Assembly: GCA_963805085.1 (NCBI GenBank)
Contig: CAWDTA010000003.1
Location: forward strand, 96,001-160,000
DNA: 64,000 nucleotides
From: an uncultured Veillonellaceae bacterium
Lineage (GTDB): Bacteria; Bacillota; Negativicutes; JARBTT01
Direction: 5' to 3'
A program made the translations under genes and the position numbers. Below, piece after piece: positions 1-8,727 of this stretch. The stretch's first letter is position 1, and every line of letters begins with the position of its first letter. A model generated the notes under the pieces. The model was not told the origin of the DNA, ran no database searches, and saw nothing but the letters and a program-made list of their open reading frames with translations.

Positions 1-1021
1 CTTGTAATCCGACTACATGAGATACACGTGCTGCGATAGGTACGGAGGCAATTCCAGCGGAGCCAATTAATGGGTTGATTTTACCACCGCTTAATTTATT
101 CATGATTTTTGCGCCAATGATACCAGAAGCGGTACCAAAAACGAAAGCAACTAGACCTAAGATGATAATGAGCAGTGTTTTAAAGTTCAAAAATAAATCC
201 GCATTCATTGTTGAGCCGATGGCTACAGTTAAGATTAGTGTTACGATATTCAGTAATGTATTGGCAGCTGTTTCGGCTAAGCGATCTACTAATAAACATT
301 CTTTTAGTAAATTACCGAGCATTAGCATGGTAATTAAAGGGGCTACTGGTGGTAAGAAAAGATTAACGATGACCGAAATAACGATTGGGAAGACGATTTT
401 TTCGAGCCTGGAAACATATCTTGGTTGTTCCATAATAATGTTTCGTTCTGCTTTTGTAGTTAATAATCTCATAATTGGTGGTTGAATGAGTGGCATAAGC
501 GCCATATAAGAATAAGCAGCCACTGATATCTGAGGTAATAAATGTGGCGCTAACTTCATGGTTACGTAAATTGCCATCGGTCCATCTGCACCGCCGATGA
601 TGCCGATCGCACTTGATTCTGCTAAGGTAAATCCTAATAGTTTTGCACCAATTAAGGCAACGAAAATGCCTAGATGGGCAGCCGCACCTAGAATAACTAA
701 ACTGGGATTGGCAATCATTGGTCCAAAATCCGTCATTGCACCGACCCCTAAAAAAATAAGCGGTGGAATAATGAGAAGTTCTACACCTTGATATGCATAA
801 TGAAATAATCCGCCTGGTTTTATCAGATCAGAACCTGGTACATTGGCGATGATACAGGCTAAGCCAATGCCAACTAATAGAAATGGCTCATATTTTTTGG
901 CAATCGCTAAGTAAAGTAAAATGCCACCAACGACAATCATAACAATGTTGCCCCACCAAAGCTCAGTTAAACCTGTTTGCAACATTAAATCATTCATCAA
1001 TGAAGCTATTTGTTCGTACAT
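1..1021 (-). CDS. Na+-translocating decarboxylase beta subunit (OadB/MmdB/GcdB family), 3' end runs off the window
   Basis: Not in the ORF track. Manual translation from ATG at 1021 gives MYEQIASLMNDLMLQTGLTELWWGNIVMIVVGGILLYLAIAKKYEPFLL..., with IGIIGGADGP and NPLIGSAGIASVPIAARV motifs typical of the family. Confidence 0.9.
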   Translation of the reverse strand, partial: MYEQIASLMNDLMLQTGLTELWWGNIVMIVVGGILLYLAIAKKYEPFLLVGIGLACIIANVPGSDLIKPGGLFHYAYQGVELLIIPPLIFLGVGAMTDFGPMIANPSLVILGAAAHLGIFVALIGAKLLGFTLAESSAIGIIGGADGPMAIYVTMKLAPHLLPQISVAAYSYMALMPLIQPPIMRLLTTKAERNIIMEQPRYVSRLEKIVFPIVISVIVNLFLPPVAPLITMLMLGNLLKECLLVDRLAETAANTLLNIVTLILTVAIGSTMNADLFLNFKTLLIIILGLVAFVFGTASGIIGAKIMNKLSGGKINPLIGSAGIASVPIAARVSHVVGLQ

Positions 1022-1060
1022 ATAAATTCCCCCAATAAAATTTCTAATAAATAGAGTATG

Positions 1061-1210
1061 TTAAAATTCATCTTCTTTCACTTCACCTAATTTATTTAAC
1101 AAGGGAAATAGATATAAAATGACTCCGATACCAGCAATAAAAATAAAGCTTAAAAAAAAGTCGATGATACTTAGTAGAGCTGCTCCTTCGATGCTATCTG
1201 GTATTTTCAT
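1061..1210 (-). CDS. 49-aa single-TM small membrane protein, possible gamma/delta-like partner of the decarboxylase beta subunit
   Basis: Manual translation: MKIPDSIEGAALLSIIDFFLSFIFIAGIGVILYLFPLLNKLGEVKEDEF*. AGGTGG RBS upstream. Co-oriented between the thioesterase and the beta subunit. Confidence 0.7.
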   Translation of the reverse strand: MKIPDSIEGAALLSIIDFFLSFIFIAGIGVILYLFPLLNKLGEVKEDEF

Positions 1211-1226
1211 TTTTCGCCGCCACCTT

Positions 1227-1652
1227 TTATATTTTTCTATTTGTTAAAAATCTTGTGCGTTGTTTAGCTTTTTTTAATAAAGCCTCATGGTTAACGACCA
1301 TTCTTTTGTGGATTCCATGACCAACTTCGCCTTGGTCATCCCAAGCTTCAATTTGTAAAATGACTTCGTGATCGTTTATCTCAATGATAGAAGCTTTGAC
1401 TGTGATTGTCATGCCCAAACTAGTGCTGGCTGTATGAGTAAACTCTGTGGAATAACCGATGCTAATGAAGCCATCCGGTAAATACTGATCTACGGTTTCA
1501 ATCGAAGCCTTGATCGCCATACCTACGCAGGCAGGTGTTGCCAATAACTCATTTAATTCTTTAGAATAGTTACTCGCAGTATCTGACTTTTGAACAACTT
1601 GCCGAATCATTGCATTTTGCCCAATCGATAGGATATTTCTTAAATCAAACAT
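1227..1652 (-). CDS. FlK-like hotdog-fold thioesterase family protein
   Basis: LATPA, SIG...FTH and GxGxHxRxVV motifs; GGAGG RBS. Confidence 0.8.
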   Translation of the reverse strand: MFDLRNILSIGQNAMIRQVVQKSDTASNYSKELNELLATPACVGMAIKASIETVDQYLPDGFISIGYSTEFTHTASTSLGMTITVKASIIEINDHEVILQIEAWDDQGEVGHGIHKRMVVNHEALLKKAKQRTRFLTNRKI

Positions 1653-1849
1653 AATAGATACCTCCCAAAATATTTTGTAGTTATATATCGATATATAAAT
1701 AAATAATATTTGAATGTTCTGGAATTATTTCACATTCTCATTTTAACGCCAAATGACAAAAAAAGAAAATAATAAATTGGAATGTTTTGATGCCTTTAAG
1801 ATATCGTTTTTAGGTACTTCTCAAGAATTTTCATCATAAACTATAAAAA

Positions 1850-1864
1850 TGTGATTTAATCACA
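1850..1864 (+). promoter_or_regulatory. Crp/Fnr-type palindrome TGTGA-N5-TCACA upstream of trxA
   Basis: tgtgatttaatcaca lies 20 nt before TATAAT (1885-1890); a Crp/Fnr gene is adjacent. Confidence 0.55.
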
Positions 1865-1931
1865 GAAAAATTTTTGAATTTGGATATAATAAAACTATAA
1901 TATAATTTAAACTGTAAAGGGGTTTTAAATA

Positions 1932-2246
1932 ATGAGTGTATTAACAATTACAAAAGAAAATTTTGAAGATGAAGTCTTAAAATCTGATAAACCGATATTA
2001 ATTGATTTTTGGGCAGAGTGGTGTGGACCTTGTAAAATGTTATCACCGATTGTAGATCAAATTGCCGGCGAAGTTACCCAAACAGCGAAGGTTGGTAAGG
2101 TAAATGTTGACGAGCAGCCAGAACTTGCCTCACAGTTTAAGGTGATGAGTATTCCGACGCTTGTTATGATCAAAGATGGTAAGCCTGTGGCTACATCTGT
2201 TGGGGTAAAACCGAAGGACGATATTTTGGCAATGCTAAACCAATAA
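1932..2246 (+). CDS. trxA: thioredoxin
   Basis: WCGPC motif, 104 aa. Confidence 0.97.
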   Translation: MSVLTITKENFEDEVLKSDKPILIDFWAEWCGPCKMLSPIVDQIAGEVTQTAKVGKVNVDEQPELASQFKVMSIPTLVMIKDGKPVATSVGVKPKDDILAMLNQ

Positions 2247-2909
2247 TTTTTCTAGCTTAGTTTTATCAAGCAATGTTACTTCACCGCGAGCAAGCTTGAC
2301 GATCCCTTCATTGGCAAAGTATTTGAGCATACGGGAAACAACTTCTCTCGCACTGCTGATGTATTTGGCAATTTGCTCGTGACTAAGGTGAAGCGTGGTG
2401 GAGTTTGTATTCGTCGATTCCTTTAATAAAAAAATTGCTAGCCTTTTGTCAAAACTCATGAATAGAATTTGTTGCATTGCCCACATAACATCAGAAAACC
2501 GATCAATGGTATCTTTATAAGCGAAGTTTTCAACGTATATATTTTGATGATATAATTGCTCAAAGATAGCGGTACTAATTAAAAAAGCTTCGCTGTCGAC
2601 TTCAGCATCAATATGAACGGCAAACGTTATATTTTCTAAGATACAAGAGGCCGAAAGTATGCATATGTCGCCAGCACTAAGACGATAGAGGGTAATATCT
2701 CTACCGTCTTCTGATAAGATATAGGTTCTGATTCCGCCACTTCTGATAATTAAGACGCCGATGCAATCTGTTCCGCTACTGTGGATATGTTCTCCTGATT
2801 GATAGTTTACAGAAGTTATATTGTTTAATATTAAGTTTTTTTCAATTTCATTTAAGTTATCCCAAAAAGTTAACGTGTTTGTTATTAAATTACGATCTAC
2901 TGTATTCAT
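2235..2909 (-). CDS. Crp/Fnr family transcriptional regulator
   Basis: cNMP-like N-terminal domain and C-terminal HTH (SHEQIA...SAREVVSRMLK). Confidence 0.93.
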   Translation of the reverse strand: MNTVDRNLITNTLTFWDNLNEIEKNLILNNITSVNYQSGEHIHSSGTDCIGVLIIRSGGIRTYILSEDGRDITLYRLSAGDICILSASCILENITFAVHIDAEVDSEAFLISTAIFEQLYHQNIYVENFAYKDTIDRFSDVMWAMQQILFMSFDKRLAIFLLKESTNTNSTTLHLSHEQIAKYISSAREVVSRMLKYFANEGIVKLARGEVTLLDKTKLEKLLV

Positions 2910-3152
2910 GACATTCGCTCCAATCGCAAATTGATTATTTTAAGTAAGAATATAAATAGAAAAATAGTAGTACATTTATTTCAAAATAGGTGATGAGAAA
3001 TATTACAGTGGATGTTGCCAAGAAAGCATTGAAGCTTAAAAAATCATACCATAATTTTACTACAGTTATCGTTGCTTATAAAGAAATAATAAAAATATAA
3101 CCTATCGACAACAATCTATGTCTAGATCGTGTCTATAGGCTATATTTTTTAT

Positions 3153-4010
3153 TTAATGTTTTTTAATATATTTGATCGCTTCTCTACCAGCCATTGCTCC
3201 CTCGTAAACAGCTTTGGCTATTTGTAACATACCGCCAGTACAATCGCCAGCAGCATATAGTCCTGGCAAATTGGTTTCCATTCGTTCGTTGATAACAATT
3301 TTTGTTCCGCTTGTTTGTGCTCCCAATTTTCTAGCTAAATCATCACTACCAGCAACACCAACTGCGATGAATACACCACTGAGGGTTTGCGTCGTATCAT
3401 CTTGGAATTTAACAGAATCGAGGACATCAGTACCATGAAAGGCAAGCAATTTTTTTTCATTCACGTTAATGGTCTCAGGAATTGTTACTTTAGGATTCGC
3501 ACCATTGGTCAGTAAGGTGACCGATTTTGCTAGTGGTAAAAGTGCCTGCGCTTCATGCAAGGCATAATGTCCATCACCTAAGACTGCAACATCTTTACCA
3601 CGATAGAAAAAGGCATCACATTCTGCACAATAACTGATACCACGTCCTTCAAAATTCGTTAGTCCATGGATTACAGGTGCTGAACGAGTGGAGCCAGTAG
3701 CGAGTATGACACTGGTGGCAGAATATCGTTCGTCGTTGGTTTTGATCAGGTAGTTATTTTCATATGAAATTCCAACGACTTCACTTGTGATGAGCGTCGC
3801 ACCTAGCCGCTTTGCTTGCTTGATACCTGTTTGTATTAATTCTTCTCCACCAATTGGTTGTTCAAAGCCGTAATAATTTTCTATTTTATCAGCTTTGCTT
3901 AAGGAGCCAAAGTCACGACCAATGACTAAGGTCTTTAATCCACCTCGACAGGCATATAAAGCAGCAGAAATACCAGCAGGACCATTGCCAACAATGATTA
4001 CGTCAAACAT
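3153..4010 (-). CDS. trxB: thioredoxin reductase-like FAD oxidoreductase
   Basis: GNGPAG FAD motif, CAEC active site, GLYAAGD. Start moved to ATG 4010 after a GAGGTG RBS. Confidence 0.85.
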   Translation of the reverse strand: MFDVIIVGNGPAGISAALYACRGGLKTLVIGRDFGSLSKADKIENYYGFEQPIGGEELIQTGIKQAKRLGATLITSEVVGISYENNYLIKTNDERYSATSVILATGSTRSAPVIHGLTNFEGRGISYCAECDAFFYRGKDVAVLGDGHYALHEAQALLPLAKSVTLLTNGANPKVTIPETINVNEKKLLAFHGTDVLDSVKFQDDTTQTLSGVFIAVGVAGSDDLARKLGAQTSGTKIVINERMETNLPGLYAAGDCTGGMLQIAKAVYEGAMAGREAIKYIKKH

Positions 4011-4070
4011 AGTAAACACCTCATGATTTTCAATATATTTTTTATTATAATAGATACTCTGCATAAAATC

Positions 4071-4085
4071 TGTAATTTGGTCACC
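4071..4085 (-). promoter_or_regulatory. second Crp/Fnr-type box (GGTGA-N5-TTACA) upstream of trxB
   Basis: 21 nt upstream of a minus-strand TATAAT (4049-4044); same geometry as the trxA box. Confidence 0.5.
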
Positions 4086-4204
4086 AAAGAGTGTAGGAAT
4101 CTAACAAAGTTAGAAACGAAAAAAGTCCAGAATCCTGAAAGATTTGGACAGAGGACTTTTCTTGAATGGTAGTGATGTTATTGTTGAAAGTAAATTTTGC
4201 AAAG

Positions 4205-4561
4205 TCAAAAAATTTCGGATTTAATATAATTTTTAATAATGTAATAGTTAATGATTATATGTTGTATCTTGGTGAAATCTTTATAAGAATAGCGATACAA
4301 TAAGGTAGTATCAGTTTTAAATCTTTTCAAGAAATTTTCAAAACGTTTATCTGTCATTTTGGGCAAAGAACGAATAAATTTTTTTACTTTTCGCTCTTGA
4401 TTGAAGGTTAAAAGGTGTTGAATCACAAGCTCAGAATATTGATTTTCTAGGTCTTTATAGCTATATATAAATTTTGTTTGAGTATATGGAGCTTTAAATT
4501 TTTCGAACCATGTTTGAAAGCGTTCATTACTCATTCGATATGAACTTTTACGATTACGCAT
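4205..4561 (-). CDS. hypothetical basic protein with internal duplication (MSNERFQ.../MTDKRFE..., YSYKD twice)
   Basis: 118-aa ORF with GAGG RBS. Confidence 0.6.
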   Translation of the reverse strand: MRNRKSSYRMSNERFQTWFEKFKAPYTQTKFIYSYKDLENQYSELVIQHLLTFNQERKVKKFIRSLPKMTDKRFENFLKRFKTDTTLLYRYSYKDFTKIQHIIINYYIIKNYIKSEIF

Positions 4562-4844
4562 TTAGTTACCTCTTATCAATTTAATTTATTTTCAAAATTT
4601 CTTGAATTATAAAAATAAAAATACTACAGCATTTATAGAAAACTTATGTATTAAATGGATATTCATATTATTGCTTGCGACGAAGCATTGTATACCTAGT
4701 GAAAGTTATAGATGAGAGATTTTCGCGAAAAATTAAAAATAAAAGTACAGTTTGTTCTTTGCGGGAAAATCGCTTCTAGTGTATATTTAAATTTATAAAG
4801 GTAAAAATTGTGCTTTTAAGATAATTTAAGAAAAGGGGAAAATA

Positions 4845-5066
4845 ATGCTTCAAAATGATCTAGGTAAGACTTTAATTTATATTGGATTAATAATTGTGGT
4901 GATTGGTCTAATTCTGCATTTTGGTGGTAAACTTATTCAATTTGGCAAATTACCAGGTGATTTTAAATGGGAAAGTGGTAACTTTGGTTTTTATTTCCCT
5001 TTAGCTAGTTCAATTATTATTAGTATCATATTAACAATACTAGTAAATTTATTTTTGCACAGGTGA
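4845..5066 (+). CDS. DUF2905-type small membrane protein
   Basis: GKLPGD...FYFPLASSIIIS motif. Confidence 0.85.
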   Translation: MLQNDLGKTLIYIGLIIVVIGLILHFGGKLIQFGKLPGDFKWESGNFGFYFPLASSIIISIILTILVNLFLHR

Positions 5067-5086
5067 GATAAAGTTTAAATAGCTAG

Positions 5087-5141
5087 AAAAGCAATGGCAG
5101 ATATACTCAAATATTTTTTTGAGTATATCTGCCATTGTTTT
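5087..5141 (+). terminator. intrinsic terminator-like inverted repeat
   Basis: caatggcagatatactcaaa / tttgagtatatctgccattg, followed by Ts. Confidence 0.7.
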
Positions 5142-5193
5142 GGAGAAAATTTATTTATGTAAGTTTTTTTGATCTATTTAGATTTAAGAGAGG

Positions 5194-6150
5194 ATGATTG
5201 TGATGCTTCCCCGTGGAGCCAATTTACAACGAATAAAAAATGGTAAGAAAACCTACGCCATTACGCCTCATCTGCCTGGGGGTTTTGTTACACCAGAACG
5301 ACTCGAAAAATATGCGAATGTCGCCCGTAAATATCATGGTGCGTTAAAATTGACCTCAGCGCAGCGAATTATGATCACAAATTTGCAAGCTGAAGACGTC
5401 GAAGCAATTTGGCAGGAACTTGGGATAGAGCCAGCAATCGGTTTTGCAAACTGTGTGCGTAGTGTTAAAATTTGTCCTGGTACTACTTTTTGTAAACGAG
5501 CCAAAAAAGATAGTGTAAAGATTGGTCTCGAATTGGATAAAAGATATATAAAGAAGGAAATGCCATCACGTATGAAAATAGGTGTTTCTGGTTGTCCTAA
5601 TTCTTGTTCTGAATCAGTAGTGAAAGATATCGGTCTTATTGGTACCGAGCAAGGCTGGGACGTTTATGTTGGTGGCTCAGCTGGCTCTCACCCACGTTTA
5701 GCTGAAAAATTAATCGGTGACCTATCTGATGATGAGGTATTGGTTGTTGTTGAGTATATTATGAACTATTATCAAGCAAATGCCGATATTGAACGCCTTG
5801 GTAAATTTATTGATCGTATTAGTTTTGCAAAATTTCAAGAGGAGGTCTTGGAGAAGTATACGAATAAAAGTAAAATCGAGACTGGTAAAGTGCGTGTAAA
5901 AAACAATGAGTTTGCTCCCCTGCCGGGTGGTTTGACAGAAGGAACTTTAGCTATAGGTGATGATATTACGGCTGATAGTATTGTAGCTGATATTATTCGA
6001 ATTTATCCCAATACGATTCCGGCGTTACGATCCTTGGGCCTTGGTTGTTTAGGGTGTCCATCAGCTTCCGGTGAGCCAATTCGTCAAGCTGCTGAAATAC
6101 ATGGAATTGAGCTTGATCAGTTAATCAAAACATTAAATGAAAAACGTTGA
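5194..6150 (+). CDS. nitrite/sulfite reductase siroheme-[4Fe-4S] domain protein with C-terminal DUF1858-like domain
   Basis: CPGTTFC and GCPNSC cluster motifs; C-terminal GLGCLGCPSA...AAEIHG. Confidence 0.85.
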   Translation: MIVMLPRGANLQRIKNGKKTYAITPHLPGGFVTPERLEKYANVARKYHGALKLTSAQRIMITNLQAEDVEAIWQELGIEPAIGFANCVRSVKICPGTTFCKRAKKDSVKIGLELDKRYIKKEMPSRMKIGVSGCPNSCSESVVKDIGLIGTEQGWDVYVGGSAGSHPRLAEKLIGDLSDDEVLVVVEYIMNYYQANADIERLGKFIDRISFAKFQEEVLEKYTNKSKIETGKVRVKNNEFAPLPGGLTEGTLAIGDDITADSIVADIIRIYPNTIPALRSLGLGCLGCPSASGEPIRQAAEIHGIELDQLIKTLNEKR

Positions 6151-6159
6151 GGTGATCAT

Positions 6160-6813
6160 ATGAGTGAGTCTTTAGCACAAATACATCATTGGTTATTTAA
6201 TAAAATTAAAATTGTAAGCAATCGCGAAAATTTACTAATGAAAAAGTTCCAAGATCATGCCGATATTGTTGAAAGCGTCAGGGAAATGGCCAACCAAAGT
6301 GTTGGAATCAGCTCTTTTAATCAGGAACTTGAGCAAATGATTGACCATAATAATATTCATCAATGGCTACAGCGGCAAATAAATCTTGTCGAGGCAAGAG
6401 AGGCATATATTATTAAAGAATTGATCAATATGATTGGTAATGACATTCGTGTTACGATGGAAGAAACTTTTAAAAAAGATGGCTTTAGTTACGGAAAAGA
6501 AGCAGTTACGTTTAGTAAAGGAGTAAGTACAGCTCCAGAGCTTTATCAAACATTAAATGATTATTATTTAAATGGTATGCCTTGTGATAAATGTGATTTA
6601 GTGAAACAAATATCACCTAATATCATGATTTGGGAAAATGAGCAGTGGCAGCAACAGGTAAATTGGCAACGGGTAGGCGCTGATCATAGTAAGATGGAAG
6701 AACTTTATCTTATCTGGCTAAAATCATTCATAACGGGAGCTAATTGTAGTTTCAGTTTAGAATTTAATAAGAAAAATTCAATAAATATTTTCACCTTGAA
6801 AAAATCAGATTAA
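6160..6813 (+). CDS. conserved hypothetical protein
   Basis: IHHWLFNKI, IHQWLQ and LNGMPCD motifs; GAGGTG RBS; co-transcribed with the reductase. Confidence 0.8.
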   Translation: MSESLAQIHHWLFNKIKIVSNRENLLMKKFQDHADIVESVREMANQSVGISSFNQELEQMIDHNNIHQWLQRQINLVEAREAYIIKELINMIGNDIRVTMEETFKKDGFSYGKEAVTFSKGVSTAPELYQTLNDYYLNGMPCDKCDLVKQISPNIMIWENEQWQQQVNWQRVGADHSKMEELYLIWLKSFITGANCSFSLEFNKKNSINIFTLKKSD

Positions 6814-6888
6814 ACATAATTGTGAAAGAAAGCTTGGATAAACGATAAATTACCAGTAGCGTTTATCTATCTGAAAAAATATTAATGC

Positions 6889-6931
6889 AAAAAATCCCGT
6901 ATTGTAGAATGAACTACAATACGGGATTTTT
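6889..6931. terminator. bidirectional terminator
   Basis: aaaaatcccgtattgtag / ctacaatacgggattttt between convergent genes. Confidence 0.75.
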
Positions 6932-6948
6932 ATCATAGACTATTGAAT

Positions 6949-8367
6949 TTACCAATAACCGAGAACTTTCCACCATACACCACCGACACCGACCCAGATA
7001 ATGATGTGCATGATTGAGACACCAAAACCAATTTTCCACCAATCTGCTTGCGTAACATAACCAGAACCAAAATAAACTGGAGCTGGGCCTGTACCAAAAT
7101 GCGTTAAACAACCGCAGATATTAGAAGCAAGTGCTACAACAAAAGCGGAAATAAATGGTGGAGCACCTGAAGCTACGCCTAAGGTGATTAGAGCAGCATA
7201 CATTGCCGTTACGTGAGCTGACATACTAGCAAAGAAGTAATGACTATACAAGTAAATTACGAAGGATAATACTACCGCGGTAAGCATGCCTACACCAACC
7301 ATTTGGTTTTCTAATATCTTAGCAAACCAACCGATAAAACCAGTTTTATTGAGGTAATCAGACATTAAGATAACACTACCAACCCAAATTAAAGTATCCC
7401 AGGCTCTCGTTTCTTTTATTACATCTTTCCAAGTTAAAACTTTAGTCGCGAGTAAGATACATAATCCCAGAAAGGCAATTAAAGTGCCGTCTAGCTTCGT
7501 CATCGAAGCTGTAGCCCAAAGTATTAATAGCATAATAAATACAAAGAACATAATTTTTTCATTCTTGGACATTGGTCCCATTTCTTTTAAGACATTAGCG
7601 GCCATTGTTTTTGCTTCAGGCGTGTTTTTGATTTCAGGAGGATAAAATTTGTAAATTGCGTAAGGAATACCAATTAACGCAACAGTACCAGGAACCACAG
7701 CAGCGATAAACCAACCCATCCAAGTGATATCCACATCTAAAACTTTTTTCGCCATTGCAGCAGCAATTGGATTACCAACCATTGCTGTCATAAACATTGC
7801 AGATACAACGAGGTCAATATGAAAGACCGAAGTTACTAGAAAAGCACCGATTTTTCTAGCAGATTCACCTGGTTTTGAATCAAAGGCTTCAGCTAAACTT
7901 TGTACAATTGGGAAAACAAGACCACCAGCCCGCGCTGAGTTAGATGGAATTGCAGGCCCGATAATTAAATCACTTAAAGCTAAAGAATATACAAGTTTCA
8001 GACTGCTATCACCAAAGGATCGCATTGCCATGTAAGCGATCCTTCTGCCTAGACCAGTAATGATAAAGGCTCTAGCTAAAATGAAGGCGGAAACGATCAA
8101 CCATACAGTACCGCCACTGAAAGCGGTTAATACTTCACTGAATTTTAACGTATAAGTTAATGAACATGTGACAATTGCAATTAAAGCTACGGAACCAGCT
8201 TCTATTGGTTGTAAGATAAAACCAACTACTGTACCCATAAAGATTGCGAATAAGTGCCAAGCTTGAGGTTTTAACCCTTCTGGCACTGGGTAAAACCATA
8301 AAATAAGTACAATTCCGACTGTTAATATGGCAGCAGGTATTTTGCTTTCGCCAAAAAGTTTTTTCAT
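6949..8367 (-). CDS. DASS family anion (di/tricarboxylate) permease, CitT/TtdT/YflS-like
   Basis: PSNSARAGG, SAMFMTAMVGNP and THFGTGPAPVYFGSGYV motifs. Start at ATG 8367 after AGGAG. Confidence 0.92.
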   Translation of the reverse strand: MKKLFGESKIPAAILTVGIVLILWFYPVPEGLKPQAWHLFAIFMGTVVGFILQPIEAGSVALIAIVTCSLTYTLKFSEVLTAFSGGTVWLIVSAFILARAFIITGLGRRIAYMAMRSFGDSSLKLVYSLALSDLIIGPAIPSNSARAGGLVFPIVQSLAEAFDSKPGESARKIGAFLVTSVFHIDLVVSAMFMTAMVGNPIAAAMAKKVLDVDITWMGWFIAAVVPGTVALIGIPYAIYKFYPPEIKNTPEAKTMAANVLKEMGPMSKNEKIMFFVFIMLLILWATASMTKLDGTLIAFLGLCILLATKVLTWKDVIKETRAWDTLIWVGSVILMSDYLNKTGFIGWFAKILENQMVGVGMLTAVVLSFVIYLYSHYFFASMSAHVTAMYAALITLGVASGAPPFISAFVVALASNICGCLTHFGTGPAPVYFGSGYVTQADWWKIGFGVSIMHIIIWVGVGGVWWKVLGYW

Positions 8368-8386
8368 ATGCACTACTCCTCGTATA

Positions 8387-8430
8387 ATAAGTTTTGTAAA
8401 CAATAATCCGCCATTGTTTACAAAACTTAT
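8387..8430 (+). repeat. perfect 18-bp inverted repeat at the start of the IS110 left end (5' hairpin of the predicted ncRNA)
   Basis: ataagttttgtaaacaat-aatccgcc-attgtttacaaaacttat. Confidence 0.9.
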
Positions 8431-8675
8431 TTTTTATTTTTTAATGCTTAAAGGAATCCCTTGATGCTAAAATATTTCTAAGAGATTTTAGCAAAGGTAA
8501 CGTCTTATCCTCCTTGCGAAACCTTTTGGTTATTGCTTTTAAAGCTTGACGCCTGCCTTATTCATCAAATACCGCTTACACAGATGTTGCGTCTCTTGGC
8601 GAAAGCTTTCCAGCAAATTTACTTTCACAGATGAATGCTTATTATGCGAGGCTGCGGTCAGTGAATAAGATCAGG
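8394..8675 (+). ncRNA. predicted IS110 bridge RNA (5' hairpin, target-binding loop about 8496-8557, donor-binding loop about 8557-8669); ends approximate
   Basis: Downstream of the circle-junction promoter. Stems: cgtc/gacg, aacc/ggtt, cttattca/tgaataag, accgc/gcggt. 8638-8650 is complementary to donor 8379-8391 at 12/13 positions. Confidence 0.75.
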
Positions 8676-8727
8676 GTATTCCTTTTCTATCTTTCTTATT
8701 CTCAGCCAGAAAGGTGGTGACATTTCT

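Noticed and set aside
75-791. Plus-strand ORFs 75-485 and 597-791
   Set aside because: Antisense shadows of the minus-strand decarboxylase beta subunit.
8368-8403. ORF-track N-terminal extension of the DASS protein (MFTKLIIRGVVH)
   Set aside because: It runs through the RBS into the IS110 left end; the true start is ATG 8367.
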